This document shows, in pieces, positions 1-11,649 of a stretch of DNA of 64,000 nt. The notes below the pieces were generated by a model. It had not been told where the DNA came from. It ran no database searches and saw nothing but the letters and a program-made list of their open reading frames with translations. The DNA lies in contig MU058718.1 in NCBI GenBank assembly GCA_013265495.1, forward strand, positions 2,751,779-2,815,778, given 5' to 3'. The DNA comes from Vicugna vicugna (lineage: Eukaryota). How positions within the stretch are numbered: position 1 is the stretch's first letter; each line of letters starts with the position of its first letter. The translations under genes were made by a program, and so were the position numbers.

Positions 1-250
1 CGAGGTTATACAGCCAGTAGACGACAGAGCTGGAATCTGAACCCTCATACTCTGGTTTCAGAGCCTGTACTTTTTATACCATACAGCCTTCCAGGACTTT
101 GGATCTAAAAAGGACCTCAGAAATGGTCTCATTTTAGTTCTCTCATTTTATAGGAGAAAGAATGAGATTCAATGAAGTTAGGAGACTTGTCTTGGAATAT
201 AATGCAAGTTCTTGGCAAAGTCCAGAGCAGAATCCAGATCACTCTAATCC
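1..250 (-). mobile_element. Two MIR SINE fragments
   Basis: Degenerate reverse-complement MIR core (aggttatacagccagtag...agagctggaatctgaaccc; ctcattttataggagaaagaatgag...). Confidence 0.6.
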
Positions 251-569
251 TAATGAAATGTGTAAATACTGCCCTCTTCCCTCCCAACCCTTAGAAGAAT
301 TCAGGTCTTCCTAAGGAGCCCAGTACCCTTTTCAAGATTCCACATTGCCTTTCATGTTCCCATGACCCCAATGACTGCAATTTATCAGGCCTATGTAAAT
401 TCATTATGTCTTAGTTAAGAAAGATCCATATTGGCAATAACACAGGTAAAATTCATTGTTGAGGCATTCTTGTTATCTTCCACTGTCTAAAAAGGATGAA
501 AGGGAAGGAGAGACTAAGAATCATTCAGGGGAGACTCTTCTAACAGCTCAAAATCCCCAATGCTCACCT

Positions 570-820
570 GACCCCTTCCATTTATAAGTTCTATCCAAAT
601 TAAGTCTTCCTATTATAACTCATGGCACCATGTTCCTGTCCTTCAGAGCACTTCCATCTAATAATTTGTAAATATATCTATAGACATGTGGTTACTTCCT
701 ATTCCTCCCCAGCTAGACTATAAGTTCCATAAGGACAGGGGCCATATCTGTTTTATTTGCCTATCAATGTATAGAACTTGGTATATAATAGGTGCTCAAT
801 TAATATTTGTTAAAAGAACA
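570..820 (+). mobile_element. L2 LINE 3' end
   Basis: ctagactataagttccataaggacaggggccatatctgttt...taggtgctcaattaatatttgtt is the typical L2 terminus. Confidence 0.7.
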
Positions 821-1137
821 TATGCCAAAAACTCAGCAACACAATGTTAAAAGATAATCTTAGTCTGCTCCATAACTTGCCTATTGGACACCTGTCTATT
901 CTTCAGTGCCCATTACTTCACACAGTCAATGGACCATATCCATTACTAGGGCAGAACACGTGCTAATAGCCAAGGCCTCAATCAGCAGAAACGTAGCTGG
1001 CTTATGCATCTACCTTTTATTCAGGATCCAGGAAGCCACCAGGTTGGCTATATTGTTAAACCTCAATCATCAAACCAGGTAAAAGAAAAGGTAAGTCTAA
1101 AACATCTAAATTATGGAATTTATTGGGAGGAAATATA

Positions 1138-1372
1138 CAGCTGGCCCCTGAACAACTTTGGGGTTAGGGGTGTCAACTCTCCATGCAATTAGAAAATCCA
1201 ACTATAACTTACAGTCACCCCTCCATGTGCATGGTTCCTCCATATCTGTGGTTCCAAATCCAAGGATTCAACCAACCATGGATCATATAGTACTGTACTA
1301 TTTACTATTGAAAAAATTCTGCACGTACGGGGACCCACATAGTTATAACCCATGTTGTTCAAGGGTCAAGTG
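1138..1372. mobile_element. Tigger1-derived MITE (TcMar-Tigger DNA transposon)
   Basis: Terminal inverted repeats CAGCTGGCCCCTGAACAAC ... GTTGTTCAAGGGTCAAGTG flanked by TA target duplications (1136-1137, 1373-1374). Confidence 0.85.
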
Positions 1373-2234
1373 TATTACTTTTAAGTATTAGGGTAACTTA
1401 AAGTATGTGAGCAGAGTTTTCTGCTAAATAACCTCTTTAAGGACCTGCTTGAAAGACCAGATAAAATAATTTTTGTTTGGTATGTTCACTCTTTATATGT
1501 AAAGAGCTATTTCAAAAGACCTTAAGGATCTTCCAAAACAAGTTATTCTTTTAGTATTTTCAACATTACTCTTACAATCTTGTTTACACATTATTGCATT
1601 ATAATCACTTGTATTATTATCCACAAAGAAAAGGTTTGCTGAGTAAAATTAAATGTCAGTCCAGTCACTATCTGAAACAAAACAGTGAATTAATAGAACT
1701 TACATCAGCAAAGCTTTTACTCTGAATTATAAAAAGTTTTCTAAATTCTGTTTCCCTGGTGATAATATGTAAGAATTTCTCCCCCCCAAAAAAAGAAAAC
1801 AAAAAAGCCAGTAACATTTCGTCTTTTAACTCTTTCGCAACGAAGAAAAGAGATTCAAGTCAGTAGTGTTATTTTTGTGCCTAAGGAACCGATCTGCTTT
1901 AGTTTCTATTCTATAGCTGGATCCAAGTAAAAGCTGTCTTGTTTTTATGCTATATTAGTGTATTTATTTAGTTAGTTATTTTGAAAAGAATAAATTATTG
2001 GAAAGAGAGCCTGCAAAACACAAGGTAAGCCGTCTCTTGTAGGGACTGGGCCAGAGATGAATAATGGCTCTTTTATTTTTAGAAAATATCTTTGCATTAG
2101 TTGGGATGGATAGATATTTTAAAAATTTGGATTCAACCCTTAGCCTCATCTCATCCAGATGAAAGTGCAAATCTGCTCTCTTTTTTAAATGAAAAAGATA
2201 AAAGCCAATTTTACATTTTAAAAAATGCTCTCTC

Positions 2235-2487
2235 GGGGTGGGAAGGGATAAATTTAGGAATTTGAGATTTACAAGTGTTAGCCGCTATATATAAAAATTG
2301 AGTTTTTAAAAAGTTTCTGCTGTATAGCATAGGAAACTATGTTCAATATCTTGTAATAACCTTTAATGAAGAAAATATGAGAACGAATACATGTATGTAT
2401 ATGCATGACTGGGACACTGTGCTATACACCAGAAATTGACACATTGTAACCAAGTGTACTTAAATCAAAAAAAAAACAAAAACAAAC
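2235..2487 (+). mobile_element. Young 5'-truncated L1 3' end (camelid-type)
   Basis: ctgtatagcataggaaactatgttcaatatcttgtaataacc...gcatgactgggacactgtgctatacaccagaaattgacac, A-rich tail, TSD aaaa(t)gctctctc on both sides. Confidence 0.85.
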
Positions 2488-5400
2488 AAAAGCTCTCTCC
2501 TGGGACTTATGTCTACAAAGGGATGCTAAGCAGCAGACTTAGCCAAAAGCTGCTCTGGGCAGGGCAGAGAGAACAGTTCTCTATCAACGTGCATGACTAC
2601 ATCATGGTGACACAGCCAAATCTTATTAGGTCACAACCTTGGCAGCTGTCTTTATACCATCAGATAAAGATGCTTGGGGGATCGCCTCTATCCCACTGTA
2701 TCCCACTGTTTCCCCCATCACTTCTGGCTCATTACCCTGTTCAGTTGTCTTCTCTTTTCTGGAGAGGAAGGGGAGGCTTGTTTATTAGTTTTTAATATAG
2801 TGTGTCTAATGACAAGTAAATGACCAAAAATTCAGATTTGCTTTTATGATTGAAATAAACATGGCTAAATAGCTTAGTGGGATGGTTTTTGTTTTTGTTT
2901 TAAAGCCTGATTTTTAGTTTCAAGCAACAAGAAAACTCCCTTGATTAATCTCACATACGTCTAATTAGAGGACATTCAGTATGTGTAGGCCTTATACTAT
3001 TTGCTGGATGTTAAGTAATAAAAAAAGGCATGGTTCTAATAAACTCAGCACCAGGTTAAGGTTCCAGCTCTAATCCCCTAGAAGAAACTGCATCTTGCAG
3101 GAAGATTCCAGAGCAGATTGCAGTATGCAGGAAACCAGTCACGTCATTGCCATCTGACAAATGGGATGCAATTTTCTTGTTCTTTCCTCCTGAGGCTCAG
3201 CAAGTACATCTATTGAAAAATTACTCCTTCTCCACCCCTCTTCCTGGCAGCAGCTGGGTTGTACTGCTGGTATTTTGACCAGAGTATTTGGGGACCGTTT
3301 TCACTTTTGATGGAAGAAATTTCAGAAAGGCAGTATCATTTTGAAAGGGTGAGGGATTAGCTGAAGTTGCGCCCACATGCTCAGGCTACCAAAGGTTTAG
3401 GCAAAGTCCATTAGGTCTTATGTTCCTAGCCACACCCTCCTCCTTTCTAGACACCCACTGCTCTTTTATTTTTAGAAAATACCTTTGTGTAAGTTGGAGG
3501 GATAGATATTTTTAAAATTTGCCTTACTTTTTGCAGACTCTGCTCACCTGGTACCCAAGCCAGCTCTGGACAAAGCTGGCAGTGTATATAAAACCAGATC
3601 TCCAGCAATGGGTAAGGTCTGAAATAGATTTTGCTTCTTAAGCCTTATAGCCAAGGACCTGGGGGACACTGGGCACCCAGCTAATGTTCCCTGCATCCTG
3701 CCCATTTGGCTGGGCCCTCTGCCAGGCCTCAACCCCCAAAGACCAGACCTTCCTCCCTGAATCTTAATGAATGCTATGAGGTAGAAGGCAGCTTTGAAGC
3801 TGGCAGATGGCCCTGGAATCCTGACACTGTTCACTACCTGACATCCCCTGTCCATCACATTGCACCTCTGGGATACCGACACCAACCTGGGTGTGGCCCC
3901 AGGCAGTGCTGCCCTGCCCCCACCACACAGCAGGCAGCTGGGTCTCCCTGGGCCCCACTCCTGCTCCTGGCTTCCTCCCCTCCCATCCACACCTGCTGAA
4001 GCTGCACCAGCTACAAGTTCTGTTCTCCCAGGAGAATGTGTTTAATTTCATTAATTTCCAATTCTTTTTTTCAGGATTATTTTGGTGGTGAAATTTTAGC
4101 ACTCTAAGATGTTATAACACTGGTATCCTAGAGACTGAAATATGAAATAATAGCACAGAATAGGTCCCTGTGGGAAGCCAATATGCAAATTTTCCCACCA
4201 TGTTCTGCCAACGATGCACTGCTCTCAACTACTCCATAGATCTTCAGGGGGCAAATAATGGAGATGTTCCAGCACCCACTCAATTTCTGTGTTTTCTTCT
4301 GGCTAAAATAATAATAGATCTAAAACATGGCTTTCCAACTAAAATTAGCCCTTGGTTAGACACTATCTGCTACCACTCAACACAGGGAATTTCATACAGA
4401 AATAAAATGATATAGATAGAATGATGCATGATCTCATTAGCTGAATCGATCATTACTTATTCATTTGGTGCCTACTCTATGTAGTGTGTTGTATGGCAGG
4501 GGACAAAGAAAAACAGGAAGAGGTCCTGTTCTCAAGGAATTTATCTTTGAGGTTGACTTTTGTATTATTTTATAGTCCCACTGTATCCTTTCTATTTTAA
4601 ATGCCTCCCTCTCTGAAAATGACAGTAATTATAGGTTATTCTTACAATAAATATTGTTGTCACTTGTCACCCTCTGTCACCTTCCCAGGAGAATGAAAAA
4701 GCCTGCTATCTTTCTACCTGAAAAAATAATCTAGCATTTGGTTCCAAAGTTCTAAGCACATGACCTTTAATTTACATATGTAGGTACCTTTCAAAGAACT
4801 AATTTAGAGCAATGCCACTTTTTTAAAAAGAGCAATTTGTCACAAAACATTTTAGAAAAATATTGATTTTTTTTTTGTTCAGGAGAAATTATTCTAAGGG
4901 CCTGAAATTCATAAAAGTTTTTTTTTTTCAGTAAAGAAGTCTCTTTAATCTGACTGGGGGGAAGGTGTTGGCAAGGATTAGAGTTTGCTTGAAAGGTGGT
5001 ATGAGCCCGACCTCACACTGACAAGTCTACTCCAAAAGAGAACAGGCAGCTGTTAACACATCGTATTTACCCGTTGCCCCCTAATTTCCCATTTATCCCA
5101 AGTTCAATCTGTTTTCCTGATGCTTCTCCAAATCCCCCCATATCCCACAAGCAGCTTAAATGTCTTTTGTGAATCCATTTATACTCTTTGTTCTATTCAT
5201 TTTATTTGAGGTAGTAACAGTTTACAAGGAACAAAACACATTATAAGTCAGTCACAATTATCACACTCAAATGCCTTCTTTTCCCTCATCATGGAGCAGA
5301 GGTGCAGTACGATAAAATATGTATTTCTCAACCAGAAATTGTCATTCTTTTCCGTAAGCTAGTTAGTGGCCTTTACTGGGCTCTTTTCCTTTAAGGATGA

Positions 5401-6789
5401 TGCCCTTATTCTAAGAAAAGAACAAAGATGAAAGAGAGCTTAGGGAACAGATAACTGAACTGATTAATGTACTCAAGTCCTACACGTGGCCAAAATTTCT
5501 TAAAAGCTGAGGCACAATGGTGAATCCTGTGGGTTACAGTTTTCTGACAAAATGCCCCTGAAGTCAAACCCAAGGGGAAAATCATGAAGTGACAGGCTCT
5601 CTGGCCCTTGTAGGTGGCAGCGGGCAAGGCAGTAAGCCACGACGGGAGGGCATGTGTATTTTCTGTCCATTTTCCCCATTTTATTGAAAGAGATCCCACT
5701 CATATTATCTTCAGGTTTCTTTAAAGCTATGAGTATGTGGGTGAGTCTGGTCAATACTGAAGACCCAACTCAAATCGGTATTATCCAAAAACAAACCCCA
5801 AACCATTGTTCGAAAAACATCTGATCAAGTGAACTAAGCCACAGGTCTCCATCTGACAGGTTTCATCTGCCAAGAGTAACATCTCTCTCTGTTACTGGAC
5901 CCACCAGATCATGGCTACAAATGAGCTCCCTTGAACTCCTTCAGTTAGGTATTCCACTGCAAATGAATGAATTAATTAGTGATAAGCACCTGACATGTGT
6001 TACTAAATAAAAACTGAGGACATCTCAGTTTTTATGGTGTTACATGAGGCTAGCACTCAAGATGGTTTACCAAACTTCTTGCCAAACAGTTTCCATTTAC
6101 TACAATCTCTCCTCCACCCTGGGCACCCTTAGCAGGGAAAATTCTTTAAGAAGATTCAGGGACAAAGGATTTAAGCAACAGCTACGGTCACTGTGGAGAG
6201 TGTTCTTTCATCAGTATTTCTTTATGCCTACAAAGCTGCCCAAGATGGCAGTCCTCTTCTGATACCCATTTTATGTTGCCAAATGGCCTCTATGCAATGG
6301 TACCACCAGGCCTGGCAGCCTCTAGCTGGAATGAAAGTGGTGACAGACATACAGAAGAACAAAAATGGAACCACTACATCCTCAAGAAACAGAAGATGAC
6401 TGCAACTAAGCACCTTCTGCAAAAGTATGTAAAAAAAGCAAGCAAGCAAATTTTTAAGAAACCTTGAACTTTATACTTGATACAGTGACTCCCAGTATTA
6501 GGCACACATATGGAAATTCCTAGCCAAACAGGGCCCAGATAGACCTACTGAATATGGAAAACTGGGTAAAAAATTGAAATTAGGCCAGAAAGAACTTAGT
6601 GTGTCCTATATAAAACTCATTCATACAAATAAAAAACAGTTATTTGGTTATTTGTAGACATAATATGGGCCTAAGGATGAAAATATGTTTGTCAAGAAAC
6701 TTAATGAATTAATAGCATTGGCATTTCTTGAGGAAATCAGTGGAGAGATTCTCTTCTGAAAATAATCTTGAGAAAGAAAAATAAGCAAT

Positions 6790-7050
6790 TAAATCAAACT
6801 GTGGTAAATGCACAGAACATTCTTGACCAGACTAACTGCATCTAGAGAAGTTTCCAGATCAAGATGGTTCTACTCAAGAGTTTTAACGAAAGTAAGGGTG
6901 AAATTGTGGAGCTATTGGCCAAAGCACTGTTAAAATCAGTAAATGTGGAAAAACTCCTGAAAATTGGACAAATTATTAAGGTAGTCAAAGTTCATCATAT
7001 CAAAAGTATGAATAAAGCCATCAAAGGTTTATTTATTAACTCCTGTTAAG
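6790..7050 (+). mobile_element. Ancient CR1/L3 LINE ORF2 remnant
   Basis: Frameshifted sequence ...ccagatcaagatgg...caagagtttta...KGEIVELLAK resembles the CR1 pre-RT motif SPGPDGIHPRVLKEL.EIAE.L. Confidence 0.45.
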
Positions 7051-8948
7051 ATATAGGACAGACTCCCTGGAAATTTCTCATTTTAATTTCTGAACAAAAG
7101 AGAAAAATTCCATTTGATGCAGTGATTAAGAGTGGTAAATACAGAAAACCAGCTACATAGAGATACTATATATATAACACTTTTTTTCATATAATACTGA
7201 CCTTTTCCTGATTATAAAATAATATACATCACTTGAAAAGAATCTGGAAAATTCAGGGAGGAAATATGAGAAATATAAAAAGTATCTCTAATCCCACCAT
7301 GTAGAGCTAAATTTTTAATGGCATGCTTTCTATTATTTTTCAGATATGAAATGCAACACATGAATGAAAAGGTATTTCATAAATACGTGCAACATTTTTG
7401 TTGTTATTGTTGGATCAGTTTCAAGGGAATATGTGGAGTACCTCGATCTGAATATTAGACTTAAAAATGTAATTCAAAGGTTGTAAGCCTCACTCCCACA
7501 TTGACGTAAAGTTCTGCAACAGAACCAGCAGCCGTGGTACTTACTCCCTTATCTGGAGCACCCCTTTTCTTTCTATCTGTTGCCCCTGCTCCCTACAACC
7601 TCTCCAGGTCTCTGCTGCTCCTCATGGTCCCGTGGATGATGACATGGGGGGAAAGTCCACTAATCCTGTGCTGCCCTCCAGATCCCATCAATAGTAATTG
7701 TGTTTTTAATTCTTCCCCATAAACCTTATTTTTATTTTCCTTTATCTTCCCCCAACTTATTTTTTAAAATTGGAAACATAAAAGTTGAAAGAATAAAACA
7801 ATGAACACCCATATACCACCCCCTCTAGATTTATAACCGTCACTTCTGTTTTCTGTCTCCCCACCCACCACTTGAAACTAAACAGCAGTAGACTCCACGT
7901 CTGAACATTTCACAGTAGCCTCGTTTTGAAAGCAGAACTATAAGGTTACAGGTTAAGCTAACTCCCAGCAGAATTCACGAACTTCAGCAGTTTTACTGAA
8001 ATATTTACTTCAGCTTTCCTAAGCAATCTCCCACCTCAAGGAAACACAACAAAGCCAAACCAGGTAACCAAGATGTGGATTACAGCACAGTATCTGGTGC
8101 AAGGCTTTTGGAAAGGACTGGCCACATGATGTTGTCCCCCTGTGTGGTGACTTTGGCCTCATATGAGAATTACTGACATATTGGAAGAAGGAATCTAGGC
8201 TGGTAACCCAGCAGGGAATAACTCTTCTCTAGAATGTCAGATTTGGTCAATCGTGCAATTCTGTTCTGAGAATTTCACCCCTGGGGAACTTCTGGTCTGA
8301 AGAAGCCCAGCAGCAATAACAATGGTAGGACCTCAACCCACAAGGGAGGCTTTGTCCTGGGTAGGGTGGTAGGTATCCCTGGACAAACCCTGGGCAGCAC
8401 TCGCTGACCAGGGCAGCTGCAGCAATAGCAGGAAGCTACAGTCTCTCCTTCACCTAAGGGACTCAGGAGATTTCAATGAGGGCGTGTAACACTCTCAGGT
8501 CATACTCAGTATTCAGTCTCACCCACAGGAAATTAAGGGATTTGGGGGGTTGAGAGTGAGGGAGGAACATGAGGGGCACAAGGAGTGGGGTGGGGGATGG
8601 AGAGGCTCTCAGTCCTGCCCAAGGTACAAGGGAATCTTAGTGCCTTCTTCCTTTTCTGGCCATTCCTATCATATTTCTCCCATCCTTTCTTCCCTCTGTC
8701 CCCCAAATTATGGAAGCTAACATTTATATATGACTGAGAAGCAACCGAGCAAAGCAGTTAAGACTTAGCTTGGACTCCAAGCAGTGGTGTCAGGATTCGA
8801 ACTCAGACGGTGGATCTCCCAGGCCACATCCTTGGCCATTCAGCTCTGTGGCTTCCCAAGTCAGGGCACAGGACACAAGGGAATGCCCGGGACTATTCCA
8901 CACTCCAGGGCTGGGTGAGCATTCCTTTCCCTGCCCCACAACAGAACT

Positions 8949-8980
8949 TGCGCGCGCGCGCACACACACACACACACACA
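8949..8980. repeat. Compound microsatellite (CG)5(CA)10
   Basis: tg cgcgcgcgcg cacacacacacacacacaca seen directly. Confidence 0.95.
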
Positions 8981-9789
8981 GAGTTTTTATAAAGACAGGA
9001 AAGTAGCACACCAAGCCATGGGATACTTTTCGTTTCGCATGCTTGCAAAACATGCAAAACTGACCGGCAGCACTGACAGGCCCCTGGCCTAGTTCCCAAG
9101 CCCCTGACCACATTCCCTTCTCACCCCTCGACTGCACCCCTAGACTAATTCTGAAGCTAGGAGTGCTCAACTGTCCAACTCTTCGTTAAAGAATGACTCA
9201 AAACTGACTTGAGTGGCAGTGACGCATTTCAGAAATTCAAAAACTAGAGTCCAAAGGGAGGGAAAGTAGGTTGTTCTGGAAGCCCTGCCAGCTAATTCCA
9301 TGTAGACAGGTGACCCATATTATGTCAATTAAGTGCTGCTTTAGAGGTATGCTGCAGTGGGCTTTTTAAAACATGGAACATTCTATGGTGATGTGGAGTA
9401 GGATTAAGGTTTGCTGAATGCACCAGAGCCTCTCCTCTGTAATTCAATTAACAGAATCAGGGATGGACTTTGGTTGGAATCCTCCCAGGTGACTGAAAGG
9501 CAAAGTGGGGAACAGACTTCTAAGTCCAGGAGGTTAGAACGGTGGGCCCCGGCAAGACTGCTCAGCCAATGGGGTGGGTGCCATATGCAGTAGCGGGTCC
9601 CAGCCCGTGTTCTGCCCACAAAGCCCAGGTGGACAATGAGGGGAAGGAAGTACAAGGCTAAGGATGCTATTGGGCCCTTCCTACCCAGCTTACATCTCTC
9701 CCTGTCAGCCCAATGTCCATCACTTCCCCTTTTCCTCCGTTTCTGCCCTTTGGAACATTTCCATATCCTGAATTCCTTTATTCAAACTG

Positions 9790-10208
9790 CTTCTTTCAGC
9801 AAAATGTGTAGGCCCTGTATGATGTGGCCCCAGGCACCTTCTCCAGCCTCATCTCTTGCTATGCCCCCTGCTGGCCACACTGGTCTTAGTCAGTTGCTCA
9901 AAACCGCCCAAAGCCTTCCCACCTTAAGGCCTTTGCAAGTATGCTACTTGTTACTTTGTTTTCTGCCTAGCAATCTGACCTCATCTCATCCTTTAGATTT
10001 CCACCTTCCTGGCTCATTCCCAAACAGAACTACATTTGCAACTGTATTTGTGTTTATTTGGTTATTGTTTGTCTCCTCCCCTAGAGTGACAGCTCCACGT
10101 TAATGCCTATTTGGAGCCATGATCATATACCCAGGGCTGATGATAGTGCCTGGCCTACAGTGGGTACTCAACGGTTATTTGTTGAATGAACCCATGAATA
10201 AATGAATG
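9790..10208 (+). mobile_element. L2 (L2a-like) 3' end
   Basis: ctccagcctcatctc...ggcctttgca...gtctcctcccctagagtgacagctcc...tagtgcctggcctacagtgggtactcaacggttatttgttgaatgaa. Confidence 0.8.
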
Positions 10209-10739
10209 GTCTCTTCAACTAATGTGAAATATTTACATCAGCTTACACATTAGTGGCTGATATCAAGGCATTACTTTCCTCAAACAATTTGCACACTCTT
10301 TAAAGGATCTTGAGTTCAAGGTGTCGGGCAAAGCAGTAGTGAGATGTTCAGGAGGAATGGTGGCTGGTGGTTGGGAAAAACTGGGGAAGCTGCTTTCCAA
10401 CACCCACTTACCTTTGCATATATTCCATTACCGCCCTCACTAATGCACGGACAGACACCTGAATACATCAGTTATGTCATGAAGGGATGAAGTGGGTACA
10501 CATCCCCTGTGGTCATACTTAAGGCAGAGAAACCAACTTAGGCTCTGGACCTCTGTGCAGAGGGGGTGCAGCCACCTGGAGACCAGCCATCATGGGCCCC
10601 CTTTCACTCTCCCTGATGGTTGCCCTGACCTCACTGCAGGCCTTTTCTCCCTTTCTTTTTGTCACATTTCTCTGCCAAGTGCAACACCATACGCCTTCCT
10701 CAAAATCACACAGTAAGGTGCGTGAAGGGAAATAACGCT

Positions 10740-11470
10740 GACCTTAGAAGGCGGTGGTTTCTGGCACTTTTGTCACCACTGGGAAGAGTATAAATACAAT
10801 ATTTTTAGCAGACAATTCAGTGATATCTAGTAAACTTTTAATGTGCATACATTTTCACTCAAGAATTCACTTTGAGTGGGGAGGATACAGCTCAGTGGCA
10901 GAGTGTGTGCTTAGCATGAGTGAGGTCCTGGGTTCAATCCCCAGTACCTCCATTAAATACATACATAAATAAACCTAATTACCACCCCACCCCCCAAAAA
11001 AGAATTCATTTTGAAAATTTACCCTGAAGAAATCTCACACAGCACGCTAACATATATGTATAAACACGATTCTTATTTTGTCAAAAAATGGGGGACAAAT
11101 TCAACTATCCAACAGTAGAAACTGGTTAGATAATTCTGGCACAGTTATTCTATTTGCTATAGTCATTCAACAGAATATTACACAGCTAGTAAAAAGAAAG
11201 AACTTATATAATGACATGGAAAAAGATCTATAATATACTATTTAGTGAAAAAAATTTAAATAAACATATTTTACAGTGATATTGAAATGTATGCTATTAA
11301 CTGGTTTACAGTGATTCAAAATGTATCTTATTAACTCTGATAGTTTTTAAAATAAATAAATATTATTGTGCTATATTAACTATGGCTATAAGGAGTCTAC
11401 ATGGAACTTTAAATTTCTATATTATACACTATTAACTATTATCTACAGGCTTTATAATTGTATTTTACTT
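10740..11470 (+). mobile_element. Old L1M (L1ME/MC-like) 3' region, interrupted by a SINE
   Basis: gggaagagtataaat...gacaattcagtgatatctagtaaactt...aactatccaacagtagaaactggttagataattctgg... degenerate L1 3' sequence. Confidence 0.55.
10876..10999 (+). mobile_element. Vic-1-type tRNA-derived SINE (camelid)
   Basis: GGGGAGGATACAGCTCAGTGGCAGAG (A box)...GGTTCAATCCC (B box)...AAACCTAATTACC tail; 15-bp TSD aagaattca(c/t)tttga at 10861-10875 and 11000-11014. Confidence 0.9.
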
Positions 11471-11649
11471 AAATACAATAATCAAGTTTATACTTTAAAC
11501 CAAGATATAAAATTTGTTCTCAAAATATGATAGATCATTATTATTAATTTGATCAAGAAGTTGTCCTTAGACACAGAGGCTGTCGTCAGACTTACAAGGG
11601 ATGTAGCTATTCAATACAAGGTTTCTAGAAAAGCTGGTCATTTGGACCT

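Noticed and set aside
9636..10103. Longest ORF in the window (155 codons)
   Set aside because: Mostly overlaps an L2 3' end; low-complexity L/S/P/F composition typical of spurious frames.
10876..10950. tRNA-Ala-like sequence with A and B boxes (also at 49829 and 34130)
   Set aside because: Followed by SINE tail and flanked by TSDs; these are SINEs, not tRNA genes.
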